Assembly: GCA_963706595.1 (NCBI GenBank)
Contig: OY970166.1
Location: 2,976,001 to 3,040,000 of the forward strand
Origin: an uncultured cyanobacterium
GTDB lineage: Bacteria > Cyanobacteriota > Cyanobacteriia > Cyanobacteriales > Nostocaceae
Direction of reading: 5' to 3'
DNA length: 64,000 nucleotides
Shown piece after piece: positions 1 through 11,112 of this stretch. Every line of letters begins with the position of its first letter. Position 1 is the stretch's first letter. A model generated the notes under the pieces. The model was given only the letters and a program-made list of their open reading frames with translations. It did not search any database and was not told the DNA's origin. Position numbers and translations under genes: made by a program.

Positions 1-535
<535 letters not shown>

Positions 536-546
536 AAAACAAAAAT

Positions 547-1305
547 ATGAACATTACACAAAATAGAAACGAGAAGAGGGTTGCTCTTGTTACTGGTTCA
601 ACCTCTGGTATTGGCATGGCAATTGCAAAACAACTGGCCGCAGATGGATTTACCATCGCTTTTCATTCCAAATCTTCAATTGAAGCTGGTGAAGAATTAG
701 CGCAAGCTCATGAAGGCGCATCTTATACTCAGGCTGATTTGGCCGATCAAAGCCAAGTTCATCGCTTGGTCAGCGAAGTGTTACAGCACCACGGTCGCCT
801 TGATATACTGGTAAATAATGCGGGCATTAATGCAGTGATTCCACATACTTCTCTTCAGGAGGCATCTGCGGAGATTTGGCGGGAACTTTATGAGGTCAAC
901 GTCATTGCACCTTGGACACTTATTGCAGATGCTGAAGCTGCACTGAGAGAGTCATCAAGTGCTGATCGTCCCAGTTGCATTCTTAATATTAGTTCTCATG
1001 CAGGCATTCGTCCCAAAGGAGCCTCAATCCCCTACGCCGCTAGCAAGGCGGCTTTAAACCACATGACCAAGTTACTGGCAATGAATCTCGCACCAGATAT
1101 TCGCGTCAATGCAATTGCACCAGGTTTGGTAGATACGCCGATGAGCATAAATTGGACAGCGGCCCAAAAGCTCTGGAAGGAGCGATCGCCGATGGGACGG
1201 GGCGCACAGCCAGCAGAAATCGCTCAAGTGGCCTCTCTGCTGATTTCGAGTGACTATCTTACAGGCGAGATAGTTATTTGTGATGGCGGACTAAATCTCA
1301 CTTGA
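547..1305 (+). CDS. SDR-family NAD(P)-dependent oxidoreductase
   Basis: TGSTSGIG, NNAG, YAASK, RVNAIAPG motifs; ATG at 547 preferred over TTG at 532. Confidence 0.9.
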   Translation: MNITQNRNEKRVALVTGSTSGIGMAIAKQLAADGFTIAFHSKSSIEAGEELAQAHEGASYTQADLADQSQVHRLVSEVLQHHGRLDILVNNAGINAVIPHTSLQEASAEIWRELYEVNVIAPWTLIADAEAALRESSSADRPSCILNISSHAGIRPKGASIPYAASKAALNHMTKLLAMNLAPDIRVNAIAPGLVDTPMSINWTAAQKLWKERSPMGRGAQPAEIAQVASLLISSDYLTGEIVICDGGLNLT

Positions 1306-1365
1306 TGGCATCGAGCAATGAGCCTAACAAGCAGTAATAAAAGCGGTTAAAAAATAAACCATTAA

Positions 1366-2130
1366 TTAGCGGAAATTACCAGGATTCAAACGGCTAGGGC
1401 TTTGAGGTTGAGAATTACTTGCTGCGCCACTTGGTCGCAGAGTACCACCATCTTGAGGTGCGAGATAAGGTTTCAAATTAATACCACTTCTAGATGCAGT
1501 AGTGCGATTGTTACCACCACCGAGAAGTGTGCGCCCTAAATTGTATAATTCGTTTACTCCTCCCAGGTTGCGATCGCCATAAGTATTAACAGCAGTTGTC
1601 TGTTGTCCACTATCAGCAGTCGTCAAATTTTGGAAAACGCTATTACGGACCACAACAGGATCTTGTCCACGGGGTACTGTCAGCACAATGCGACAAAATG
1701 AGTTAGCCTGGGTGGTTACACAGACAATATTCTCATTATTTTCTACAGCCGTTTGCAGTTCTTGTAAACCATCGGGGCGATATAATTCCAAGCGGGTGGC
1801 GATCGCTTCACAGCGTTTTTGTGGACTCCAACCACCACCCAAAGCCGCTGGTGCTGCCCAAGGGAATAATTGCCCTGGTATATTTTGAGGCTGATACATA
1901 ACAGTATACTGCCCATTGTAAAATTGACAAGTAAACCGAGTCCCACTGGTTACAGTTGGTGTGCTTGTGGGTGTCCCTGTGGGCGTTGATGTACCGCCTG
2001 AAGGTACTGTTGGGACAACAACATCACCGGAATTAGAATCATCAAATTGAGCAAAAGCCGCCGAATTACCCAGGAATAAAGATAAGCCCAGACTGCTCAA
2101 AAATATAAACTTTAAAGGTTGTGAAGACAT
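1366..2130 (-). CDS. Secreted COP23-domain protein
   Basis: Signal peptide, P/T-rich linker, RFTC...GGWSPQKRCEAI...IVC...C pattern. Confidence 0.75.
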   Translation of the reverse strand: MSSQPLKFIFLSSLGLSLFLGNSAAFAQFDDSNSGDVVVPTVPSGGTSTPTGTPTSTPTVTSGTRFTCQFYNGQYTVMYQPQNIPGQLFPWAAPAALGGGWSPQKRCEAIATRLELYRPDGLQELQTAVENNENIVCVTTQANSFCRIVLTVPRGQDPVVVRNSVFQNLTTADSGQQTTAVNTYGDRNLGGVNELYNLGRTLLGGGNNRTTASRSGINLKPYLAPQDGGTLRPSGAASNSQPQSPSRLNPGNFR

Positions 2131-2220
2131 AAATTATTGCCCAGTGGAAATTGGGGAGGGAGTTGATAAATTAAGTGACGAACAATTTGGTATTTTTGAT
2201 TCATCCAGAATCGTGATCTT

Positions 2221-3156
2221 TCACAATCGGATAGAAATAGCTGCTTCTGGGTCGTATCCCCTACCTTGACAAAATTCATCTACCCAAGAAGCCAAACCGT
2301 AAGCATGATTACCAAGTGATGGCATAACTTTCTGGGTTATATCTTTGGGTTTTGGTGGGATTTTGCCATGCTTGTTATTGTCTGGAATTGGCGATTTAAA
2401 GCAGTCACGTAAAAATAAAATCCCAGTTAAACAATTTGTCCTCAGCAGAAGAGTACCAAACTTGATGGGTAGACGATAAAACTGGGAATCCTTAACTTTT
2501 CGGGAGGGTAGAGTTTTAGCTTTGTTCAGCACATCGATAGTAATTGCCAAAGGCGATTGCGCGGAGCGCAGTGCCAAAGGCGATCGCACTGGTTTATCTT
2601 CCAGTAGTAAACTTGAAGGTGATTTGGCGCAGTGTACCATCTTCGCAGAAGGACAAGAAGCAACCTGAGTCGCCACCGATGAAACAAGTTTTTGAGTGGG
2701 AAGAATCTCATAATTTTCTGTATATGCTGACACAGGTTTATTTAACCGTGGTAGATCAGAAGTGAGAGTTGCAGCCGGAGAAATCTGAGGAGCAACTGTC
2801 ACCAAGGCTACAGGTGTGCTTTGGGTATAGTTTTCTTGTAAAGACTCGCTTTCCAACTGAGTTGTAATTGGAGAATGCTCTGAGTTGATTAAACCTAATT
2901 CTTGATCAGGATTGAAATCCAGACCTAAACTTGTGACTATGTGATCGGGATTATTATTCAGATCCAGGATAAAAGACATAACCTGATCAAACTGTGGCTC
3001 TAAAACCGACAAAGTAGCCAAAATAAACCCAGACGAAGGACGGCGCAAACCATTGTAAGTACCCCAAACCCTCATCTTTACCAGCCAAGAACGATTTTGC
3101 TCATAGTAACTCAGCCATTTAATTTTCACAGATTGACGTAGCTGCTGAATATTCAT
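2221..3156 (-). CDS. DUF5331-like conserved cyanobacterial protein
   Basis: N-terminus MNIQQLRQSVKIKWLSYY...RRPSSGFILATLS; C-terminal WVDEFCQG. Confidence 0.65.
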   Translation of the reverse strand: MNIQQLRQSVKIKWLSYYEQNRSWLVKMRVWGTYNGLRRPSSGFILATLSVLEPQFDQVMSFILDLNNNPDHIVTSLGLDFNPDQELGLINSEHSPITTQLESESLQENYTQSTPVALVTVAPQISPAATLTSDLPRLNKPVSAYTENYEILPTQKLVSSVATQVASCPSAKMVHCAKSPSSLLLEDKPVRSPLALRSAQSPLAITIDVLNKAKTLPSRKVKDSQFYRLPIKFGTLLLRTNCLTGILFLRDCFKSPIPDNNKHGKIPPKPKDITQKVMPSLGNHAYGLASWVDEFCQGRGYDPEAAISIRL

Positions 3157-3179
3157 AAACTTGTATATTTTTAATTTGC

Positions 3180-3512
3180 TTAACCCTGGGTATGAAATCG
3201 ATAATAAAGCATTCTTTTGACACTTTGACCACCTAGCAAATGTTGTTCTACCACTAGAGGTACTTCATGAGGTATAACGCCGCCATACCAGACCATATCC
3301 GGTAACACCAGCACCATTGGACCGTTACCACATTGTCCCAAGCAGCCGCTAGCCGTTACCGTCACATCCGGAACTGGGAAAGCAGTAAAAGCCGCTAATA
3401 CCTCTGCTGCACCTTGCTTTTTACAAGTGCGATTTTGGCACACCCGCACACATCTAGCCGCAGAGTTAGCGTCTGTTTGAGGAGAGTTAGATGATTGACT
3501 GATATTAGACAT
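3180..3512 (-). CDS. Thioredoxin-like (2Fe-2S) ferredoxin
   Basis: VCQNRTC...GCLGQCGNGP motif; ATG at 3512 chosen because the longer ORF runs through repeat elements. Confidence 0.8.
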   Translation of the reverse strand: MSNISQSSNSPQTDANSAARCVRVCQNRTCKKQGAAEVLAAFTAFPVPDVTVTASGCLGQCGNGPMVLVLPDMVWYGGVIPHEVPLVVEQHLLGGQSVKRMLYYRFHTQG

Positions 3513-3596
3513 TGGTAAAATAATGGTAGATACCCTGAAAACTGGGAAATTGGAAGGAACCACAGTGTACACACAAGTCCAAAAACCTTTCATTTG

Positions 3597-3720
3597 GTAG
3601 GGTGCGTTATGGACTTTAGTCCTAACGCACCGAAATTTAGGATGGTGCGTTGCTGAAAACTGGGAAATTGGCATGATTCCTGCTCCCTCTCCTTACTAAG
3701 GAGAGGGCTGGGGTGAGGTT
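3597..3720. repeat. GTAG-type REP-like palindrome plus CCTCTCCTTA/TAAGGAGAGG hairpin element
   Basis: gtagggtgcgtta...taacgcacc and ctccctctccttactaaggagagggctggggtgaggtt; the hairpin family recurs near 13970, 29102, 31969 and 50472. Confidence 0.75.
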
Positions 3721-3726
3721 TAACGA

Positions 3727-4701
3727 CTAATTAACGACTAATCCTTTTGACGCTAGCCATTCGCTGTTGAAAATGCGTGACTGATACCGAGAACCGCTAT
3801 CACATAAAATGGTAGCAATAGTATGTCCTGGACCCATCTGCTTTGCCAAAGCCACAGCCGCCCCAACATTAATCCCCGTAGAACCGCCCATTAATATTCC
3901 ATCCTTTCGCAAAAGTTGATAAACCACCCGCAAAGCTTCTGTGTCATCTATTTGGATAGCATCATCAATGGGTGCGCCTTCCATATTGGCAGTGATGCGG
4001 CTATTACCGATACCCTCAGTGATAGAACTGCCCTCAATCTTGACCTCACCGGTTTTGATATAGCTATACAGTCCGCTACCCATCGGGTCAGCCACGACGC
4101 ATTTCACACCCGGATTTTTGGCTTTGAGATACAAAGACACACCAGCAAAAGTACCACCAGTACCAGTTGCAGCAGTCCAGCCATCAATTTTACCCTCGGT
4201 CTGTCTCCAAATTTCCGGCCCTGTAGTTTCGTAGTGCGCGAGACGGTTGGCTAAATTATCAAACTGATTTGCCCAAATAGCATTATCTAACTCGGCGGCG
4301 ATTCTCCCAGATAGTTTCACATAGTTATTGGGGTCTTTGTAGGGAACCGCCGGCACAGTCCGCACCTCTGCACCTAGAGTCGTCAGCGCATCAATTTTTT
4401 CTTGGGATTGGGTATTGGGAATAATAATCAGGCATTTATAGCCTTTGGCGTTGCAAATATGTGCTAAACCAATCCCCGTATTCCCTGCGGTTCCTTCAAC
4501 AACAGTACCACCGGGTTTGAGTAGACCCTTTTTTTCTGCATCTTCAATAATGTAAAGTGCGGCGCGGTCTTTGACGGAACCCCCAGGATTAAGAAATTCT
4601 GCTTTACCAAGGATTTCGCAACCTGTTTCCTCACTAAAGCTGTTTAAGCGAATTAGCGGTGTGTTCCCAACGCTGCCGATAAATCCATTTTTGATATCCA
4701 T
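3727..4701 (-). CDS. cysK: Cysteine synthase A
   Basis: [19 protein letters not shown] (PLP lysine), GTGGT, CDSGSRY. Confidence 0.92.
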   Translation of the reverse strand: MDIKNGFIGSVGNTPLIRLNSFSEETGCEILGKAEFLNPGGSVKDRAALYIIEDAEKKGLLKPGGTVVEGTAGNTGIGLAHICNAKGYKCLIIIPNTQSQEKIDALTTLGAEVRTVPAVPYKDPNNYVKLSGRIAAELDNAIWANQFDNLANRLAHYETTGPEIWRQTEGKIDGWTAATGTGGTFAGVSLYLKAKNPGVKCVVADPMGSGLYSYIKTGEVKIEGSSITEGIGNSRITANMEGAPIDDAIQIDDTEALRVVYQLLRKDGILMGGSTGINVGAAVALAKQMGPGHTIATILCDSGSRYQSRIFNSEWLASKGLVVN

Positions 4702-4985
4702 TTCAACTTTACCTGAGTTCTGGTCTATAAAAATTTTGGCGTATTCCGGTGGTAATATTGACAGATTTTTCTACCAAAATACTAATACACCATATAGCAG
4801 ACAAATTAAATGTGACTATTTCTGGAATGCAGGCGCAGGTAATGGAATCTAAGTTCTAGCTTCCCATGAGTCAGCAATGGTAAATTCAGAAAAAGTTTCA
4901 CTGTAGTTAATTCAATTAGTTGTAAAATAAAATACAATAGACCTATTTTGTAAGTCCTGTTATCATTTCATTGTTTTAGCTGGAG

Positions 4986-5312
4986 TTGAGACTGATGACA
5001 TCTCAAGATGATCGCCATAACGAACTAGAGCAACGAGAACGTAAATTGCGGGAACGAGAAGTTGAATTACGACTGCGGGAAATGGAATCTGATATTAACT
5101 TGCCTGTTCATCAGACAATGAAGCATCAGCCGGAGAAGTCCCAAAAGCCGTGGATGAAAAAAATTGTTCTCGGTGGGAAATTATTTCTGCTCGGCGTTGC
5201 AGCATTGGTAGCTGTGAAAATATCTTCAGTCGTTGCGGGGATAATGATTGTCTCTGCATTGGGGTGGATATCTTACAAATTATTTTTGGATTCCAACAAC
5301 AAGCGTCGTTAA
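4986..5312 (+). CDS. Small coiled-coil plus two-TM membrane protein upstream of dynamins
   Basis: Charged ELEQRERKLRERE N-terminus, two hydrophobic segments, 12 bp from next gene. Confidence 0.7.
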   Translation: MRLMTSQDDRHNELEQRERKLREREVELRLREMESDINLPVHQTMKHQPEKSQKPWMKKIVLGGKLFLLGVAALVAVKISSVVAGIMIVSALGWISYKLFLDSNNKRR

Positions 5313-5324
5313 CTACGGGTAATT

Positions 5325-7409
5325 GTGATGAGTCAACAACTTGATACTGACAGATTTATCAACGATTTAGAACGGGTTGCTCAAGTGCGGGCAGAAATTT
5401 CTGGATGTCTGAGCAGAATGGCTGACACCATCCAAAAAGCTGAATTAGCTGGAGAATCTTCTTCCGGAAAACTCAGTTTAGAGCGAGATATTGAAGATAT
5501 TACAGTAGCCAGTAAAAACCTGAGAAAAGGTGTGTTTCGCCTGCTGGTTTTAGGCGATATGAAACGAGGTAAAAGCACGTTTCTAAATGCTTTGATTGGG
5601 GAGAATTTGCTCCCTAGTGATGTTAATCCTTGTACGGCGGTGTTAACGGTTTTACGTTACGGGGCTGAGAAAACAGTCACCATTCATTTTAATGATGGCA
5701 AAAATCCCCAAAGGCTAGATTTTCAAAGTTTTAAGTATAAATATACTATTGACCCAGCCGAAGCTAAAAAACTAGAACAGGAGAAAAAACAAGCTTTTCC
5801 TGATGTTGATTATGCAGTTGTAGAGTATCCTTTAGCATTGCTACAAAAGGGCATTGAAATTGTTGATAGTCCAGGCTTAAATGATACAGAAGCCCGCAAT
5901 GAATTGTCTTTAGGTTATGTGAATAATTGTCACGCAATTCTGTTTGTGATGCGAGCTTCTCAACCCTGTACTTTGGGTGAGCGGAGATATCTGGAGAATT
6001 ATATTAAAGGTAGAGGATTATCGGTTTTCTTTTTAATTAACGCTTGGGATCAGGTGCGAGAATCTTTAATTGATCCTGATGATGAAGAGGAGTTACAAGG
6101 GTCTGAAAACAGATTACGGCAAGTATTCAAGGCGAATTTAGCTGAATATTGCCGTGTGGATGGTCAGGATATTTACGAAGAACGGGTATTTGAAGTTTCA
6201 TCAATTCAAGCGCTGCGAAAACGACTGAAGAATCCCCAAGCCGATTTAGGGGGAACGGGTTTTGCAGAATTTATGGGTTCACTGAACACTTTTCTTACCA
6301 GAGAGCGCGCGATCGCCGAACTCCGCCAGGTTAGAACATTAGGTAGACAAGCCTGTAAGCATACCCAAGAAGCAATTTCTAGACGATTACCATTACTTGA
6401 TCAAGATGTCAATGAATTAAAAAAACGGCTGGATTCTGTAGAACCTGAGTTTAATAAACTGACTGGAATTCGAGATCAATTTCAAAAAGAAATCATCAAT
6501 ACCAGAGATAGCCAAGCCCGAAAAATTTCGGAATCTTTCCGTGGTTATGTTTTAAATTTAGGTAATACTTTTGAAACTGATTTTTTACGCTATCAACCAG
6601 AATTAAATGTTTTAGATTTCCTGAGTAGCGGTAAACGGGAAGCATTTAATCAAGCATTGCAAAAAGCCTTTGAACAATATATTGCTGATAAAGGTGCGGC
6701 TTGGACTTTAACTGCGGAAAAAGATATTAATAGCGCTTTTCAAGAATTATCTCGCAGTGCTGCACAGTATGGCGCATCTTACACCCAAGTCACAGACCAA
6801 ATTACCGAAAAACTCACCGGACAGCCAGTGAAAGTAAATACTCATTCCACCCCAGAAGATGATAAATCACCAGGATGGGCAAAATGGGCAATGGGATTGT
6901 TATCTTTATCTAGGGGAAACTTGGCTGGTGTAGCTTTAGCAGGTGCTGGATTTGATTGGAAAAATATTTTGTTAAACTACTTCACTGTCATTGGTGTTGG
7001 GGGAATACTCACGGCTGTGACAGGTATTTTTCTCGGTCCCATTGGCTTTGCTTTGCTAGGTTTAGGAGTAGGCTTTTTACAAGCAGACCAAGCACGTAAA
7101 GAGTTAGTTAAAACTGCCAAAACTGAGTTAGTGAAATACTTACCACAAATAGCCCATGAACAATCTCAAACCGTATACGATGCGGTGAAGGAGTGTTTTG
7201 ATTCTTATGAAAAAGAGGTAAGTCTGCGAATTAATGATGATATTGTCTCTCGCAAATCTGAGTTAGATAATTTAGTTCAGCAGAAAGAAACACGGGAAAT
7301 AAATCGCGAGAGTGAGTTACAACGGTTGAAAAAATTACAGGAAGATGTCATAGGTGAAATGCAACAAATTGAGTCTGTATATAGTGATTTATTGGCTTAC
7401 TATAGCTAG
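5325..7409 (+). CDS. Bacterial dynamin-like protein (Nostoc BDLP orthologue)
   Basis: GDMKRGKS P-loop, NPCTA, DSPG, hydrophobic paddle; closely resembles N. punctiforme BDLP as recalled. Confidence 0.93.
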   Translation: MMSQQLDTDRFINDLERVAQVRAEISGCLSRMADTIQKAELAGESSSGKLSLERDIEDITVASKNLRKGVFRLLVLGDMKRGKSTFLNALIGENLLPSDVNPCTAVLTVLRYGAEKTVTIHFNDGKNPQRLDFQSFKYKYTIDPAEAKKLEQEKKQAFPDVDYAVVEYPLALLQKGIEIVDSPGLNDTEARNELSLGYVNNCHAILFVMRASQPCTLGERRYLENYIKGRGLSVFFLINAWDQVRESLIDPDDEEELQGSENRLRQVFKANLAEYCRVDGQDIYEERVFEVSSIQALRKRLKNPQADLGGTGFAEFMGSLNTFLTRERAIAELRQVRTLGRQACKHTQEAISRRLPLLDQDVNELKKRLDSVEPEFNKLTGIRDQFQKEIINTRDSQARKISESFRGYVLNLGNTFETDFLRYQPELNVLDFLSSGKREAFNQALQKAFEQYIADKGAAWTLTAEKDINSAFQELSRSAAQYGASYTQVTDQITEKLTGQPVKVNTHSTPEDDKSPGWAKWAMGLLSLSRGNLAGVALAGAGFDWKNILLNYFTVIGVGGILTAVTGIFLGPIGFALLGLGVGFLQADQARKELVKTAKTELVKYLPQIAHEQSQTVYDAVKECFDSYEKEVSLRINDDIVSRKSELDNLVQQKETREINRESELQRLKKLQEDVIGEMQQIESVYSDLLAYYS

Positions 7410-7568
7410 TGGTTTGGGATGTGCATTTAATATGGAATAACGAACCGCCAAGTCGCCAAGAACGCCAAGGTTGAGAGGAATATTTTCGCTTTGTAGAGAC
7501 GCGATTCATCGCGTCTTTTCCTAATATATCGGGCAAGACTATAGATAATTTGCTAGCATCAGGGAAAT

Positions 7569-9758
7569 ATGCAACAACAGGGTGAAGGTTACAGGAATTT
7601 AGCAGATTCTCTTAAGTCTGCATCTGCATTACTGAATTTAGATTTTCGGTCATCATTAAATCAAGATATTCTTACTGTTTGCAATCATCTGGCTAATCCC
7701 AGTTTTCGGATTGCGGTTTTCGGACCTTTTAATCATGGCAAATCTACTTTATTAAATGCCATATTGGGAAATCGCACGTTACCAATTGATTTGATTCCCA
7801 CCACAGGCGCAATGATTACTGTGAAGTATGGTTTAGATGTGCGAACTCGCATTATGTTGGTAGATGGGACAGAAGTTGATCGCAGTGGGACGGAAATTTT
7901 ACAGAAATTTGCTATTCTTGATGGTGATAGACAGATGCGAAAAGATGTAGCATCTGTAGAAGTTTTTTATCCTCATCCACTGTTGAAAACTGGTGTGGAA
8001 CTTATCGATTTACCAGGAACAAATGACCGAGAGGCGCAAGATAATTTAGTTAAAGAGCAACTTTTAAGTGTAGATTTAGTAGTTCAGTTATTAGATGCAC
8101 GCAAGTTGATGACTTTAGGTGAACGAGAAAATTTGCGCGATTGGTTATCTGATAGAGGAATTAAAACAGTTATTTTTGTGGCTAATTTTCTGAATTTACT
8201 AGAAGTAGAAGAACAAAAACAAGTACAAAATCGCTTGCTATTTGTCGCAGAAAGTTTTCGTACAGATTTACCTCCAGGTTTTAGTAATTTATATCGGGTT
8301 GATGCTTTACCTGCTTTACGCGCTAGATTGAAGGGTGATGTGGCGGCTGCTAATAGTAGCGGTTTAGTGGCTTTTGAAACTGCTTTGCAGAATATTGTCA
8401 GTATTTTACAACAAAATAGCGGTGGTGTACGGTTGCCAAGGGTGCAGGCGATCGCCTCTCAAATTCAATTATCATTAAAGGCTAAAATTGACCCTCTGAT
8501 TCATGAGATCACAGCCTTGGATGATAAACAAAATAAAAAATTTGCGATTAAAGAAAAAGCTGCTAACTTAATTAGCCAAGGCTTTAGTAAAAGTTTAAAA
8601 GAGTTATGTAATTGGTTACATTTACCCAATTTACTGGCAAAATATCAAACTGATGGTGCAGTAGCATTAGCAGAAAGTAAATTTAAATCTTGGCAAAATG
8701 ACACGATAAAAAAAGATTTAATAGAGTTACAGTTAGCTGTAATGAAATGGCTATATCAAGCTTATGAATTTTTTCAAGAAGAACGACCAGAAGATTTATT
8801 AATTCGCTTACCGAGTGAACCACAAATCACTCTCCCGCCAAAACCAGGTAATACTGATCAGTTAAGTGAACCCGGTTCAATTGCAGTTGGTGGTGGTATT
8901 GGTTGGTTATTAGGTGGACCTGTGGGTGCTGCTGTAGTCGGGAGTATTTCTTATTTGTTAAATAAGAATATCCAACAACAAGATGATCAATTAGCTAATG
9001 AATCTTATCATCAGCAGGTTGCTAGAGTTTGTATCACAGTTATTGAGGATTATTTATCTAATTTGAGTAGTCAAGGTTTATCAATCTTGACTGAGTATGA
9101 ACAAAAAGCCGAAAAAGTTATTCGCTTTACAGTCAGCCAAGAAACACCAGAAGCTACTCAAAAACGTAAAGATTTGCAGCAATTACAAAATGCTTTTAAT
9201 CACTTATTGCGTGAGTTAGAAAAATCAAAAATTTCTTTAAATTATCCAACTTATCCAGAAGTCGCCAAAACCCAAAATACTCACCGTGTATACATTCCTA
9301 AAAGAGAGAAAGTGCAAACTTCCTCACCCAAGAATACTCAGCCAAGGGTAGAAACTCCAAAACAGCAAGTTCCCCCACCTCCTCAAACTTCTCCTCGTCC
9401 CCAAGAGGTGGACAAAAAATTTCGCAATTGGGAAATTGAAGAGGAAATGGCGCGCATGAAAGCACAAATGCGTTCTCCCGGTTCTCAAAATACCCAACAA
9501 CAGCAGCAAACCCAAAATAAACAATCATCTAATCCACCCAAAAATCAAGCGGAAAAAGATAAAATTGCTCGTGCTTATCGCATTTTAGGATTACAACCTA
9601 CTGCTTCTTTGGCTGATGTCAAACAGGCGTATAAGACTTTAGTTAAAAAATGTCATCCTGATTTATTTGTAAATCAGCCACAATTCCAAAAACAGGCAGA
9701 GGATAAGATGCGGTTAATTAATGAGGCTTATGATATTTTAGCGGATAATCATCAATGA
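7569..9758 (+). CDS. Dynamin-family GTPase with C-terminal DnaJ J-domain
   Basis: GPFNHGKS, IPTT, DLPG; Q/P-rich linker; AYRILGL...KKCHPDL...INEAY J-domain. Confidence 0.88.
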   Translation: MQQQGEGYRNLADSLKSASALLNLDFRSSLNQDILTVCNHLANPSFRIAVFGPFNHGKSTLLNAILGNRTLPIDLIPTTGAMITVKYGLDVRTRIMLVDGTEVDRSGTEILQKFAILDGDRQMRKDVASVEVFYPHPLLKTGVELIDLPGTNDREAQDNLVKEQLLSVDLVVQLLDARKLMTLGERENLRDWLSDRGIKTVIFVANFLNLLEVEEQKQVQNRLLFVAESFRTDLPPGFSNLYRVDALPALRARLKGDVAAANSSGLVAFETALQNIVSILQQNSGGVRLPRVQAIASQIQLSLKAKIDPLIHEITALDDKQNKKFAIKEKAANLISQGFSKSLKELCNWLHLPNLLAKYQTDGAVALAESKFKSWQNDTIKKDLIELQLAVMKWLYQAYEFFQEERPEDLLIRLPSEPQITLPPKPGNTDQLSEPGSIAVGGGIGWLLGGPVGAAVVGSISYLLNKNIQQQDDQLANESYHQQVARVCITVIEDYLSNLSSQGLSILTEYEQKAEKVIRFTVSQETPEATQKRKDLQQLQNAFNHLLRELEKSKISLNYPTYPEVAKTQNTHRVYIPKREKVQTSSPKNTQPRVETPKQQVPPPPQTSPRPQEVDKKFRNWEIEEEMARMKAQMRSPGSQNTQQQQQTQNKQSSNPPKNQAEKDKIARAYRILGLQPTASLADVKQAYKTLVKKCHPDLFVNQPQFQKQAEDKMRLINEAYDILADNHQ

Positions 9759-9799
9759 ATTTGGTCTTAGGTTAAATAATTTGTAGATTATAATTACAA

Positions 9800-9985
9800 T
9801 ATAGCGGTTCTCGGTTGAGTGAGATATAAGAACCCTACCCCCAACCCCCTCCCCGAAAGCGAGGAGGGGGCTATGATGTACTTCATTCAAGTGAGGTACA
9901 AGCACTAATAATTAAACGCAGATGGACGCAGATAAACGCAGATAATTTTGTACTTTATTAGACTGGGAAATGCTATACCGCTATA
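9800..9985. mobile_element. MITE-like element (TATAGCGGT/ACCGCTATA ends) with nested repeat insert
   Basis: Terminal inverted repeats; core near-identical to 31084-31182 and 41367-41472; extra AAACGCAGAT-type repeats inside. Confidence 0.7.
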
Positions 9986-10433
9986 ATTCTTCCCAAAATT
10001 TCTTGTTTAACAAAGCATCTACATCACTAGGAAATGGACAAACATCAGAAAAGTAAACATCAGGATAACCGTCTCTGACATTTTCCAAAGCCATTTCATA
10101 ACTTTTAGAGAGAATTTCTAAAATAAAATTTTTCAAACTGGGTGAATCTTCTAACTCAATTTGTAATCTTTGCCGAAAATTTCTAATTTCAATTTCCCAA
10201 CCTCGATAACAATCTGACATTGCTACATAACACCGCTTTAGTAAATGTTCCAATAAACGCACCAAAAAACCCTGCACTGTTTTACGCTGACTTTCCCCCA
10301 AAGACTCTACCTCTTCAATTAGATTTTCCCAATCTAAATTGTCTTTGTCTCTGGCTTTTAACTTACTGACGGTATCTTCAACCCAGAGATAAAAATCTTC
10401 ATCGTATAGGTTTTGGACTGATGTTTTACTCAT
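9981..10433 (-). CDS. DUF29 family protein
   Basis: LYDEDFYLW...LDWENLIEEVESLG...LLEHLLK...DSPSLK...CPF. Confidence 0.9.
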   Translation of the reverse strand: MSKTSVQNLYDEDFYLWVEDTVSKLKARDKDNLDWENLIEEVESLGESQRKTVQGFLVRLLEHLLKRCYVAMSDCYRGWEIEIRNFRQRLQIELEDSPSLKNFILEILSKSYEMALENVRDGYPDVYFSDVCPFPSDVDALLNKKFWEEL

Positions 10434-10479
10434 AATTTATATTTGCTGTTTCTTGTAACTTTACTTCGTATCTGGCAAA

Positions 10480-10518
10480 AATTACGAATTACGAATTACG
10501 AATTACGAATTACGAATT
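10480..10518. repeat. Heptamer tandem repeat (AATTACG)x5.5, STRR-type
   Basis: Direct reading; overlaps the 3' end of the Uma2 gene. Confidence 0.9.
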
Positions 10519-11075
10519 ATATTAATATCTTCATAAATATCTGCCATCGTTAAATTTAAACCAACAGAATCTAAAAGTAATTTATCATCTTTACATAAAA
10601 CTTCCATTGACCAGTTACCCGCAACTTCTCGGCGATAAACTTCTACTTTGATTTGGTCTTGATATACCAACACATATTCTTGCAAACTATCTAGCATTTG
10701 ATAATTAAGGCGTTTTTCTCGTTTATCTGTGGTTTCTGTGGAATTAGATAAAACCTCGATAATTAAGCTAGGACGAGTTTTAAAATACCTTTCTTTATCT
10801 TCAGGATCACAGGTAACTAAAATATCAGGGTAATATAATATCTCGGCGTTCTGTACTTTGATTTTAACTTTCATATCTGACATGAAAGCACGACAGGAAC
10901 TTCCGCGAAGATGGGAGCGCAATAGGTTGTAAATATTGCCTGATATTAGGTTGTGTTCTTCACTAGCACCCGCCATTGCAAAGATTTGTCCAGCTATGTA
11001 TTCATGACGAATATCGCTGGATTTCTCGGCTTCTAGGTATTCTGCAACTGTGAGAATATTTATAGAAGATTGCAT
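10503..11075 (-). CDS. Uma2-family putative endonuclease
   Basis: RHEYIAG, YYPDILVTC, IIEVLS.ST...D..EK motifs. Confidence 0.9.
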   Translation of the reverse strand: MQSSINILTVAEYLEAEKSSDIRHEYIAGQIFAMAGASEEHNLISGNIYNLLRSHLRGSSCRAFMSDMKVKIKVQNAEILYYPDILVTCDPEDKERYFKTRPSLIIEVLSNSTETTDKREKRLNYQMLDSLQEYVLVYQDQIKVEVYRREVAGNWSMEVLCKDDKLLLDSVGLNLTMADIYEDINIIRNS

Positions 11076-11112
11076 AGGTTTTATATGGGATGAATTGTTA
11101 TTGATTTTCGGA

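Noticed and set aside
1322..1352. GCCTAAC...GTTAAAA resembling integron attC ends after the SDR gene
   Set aside because: Only 31 bp, too short for attC, with no inner boxes and no integrase in view
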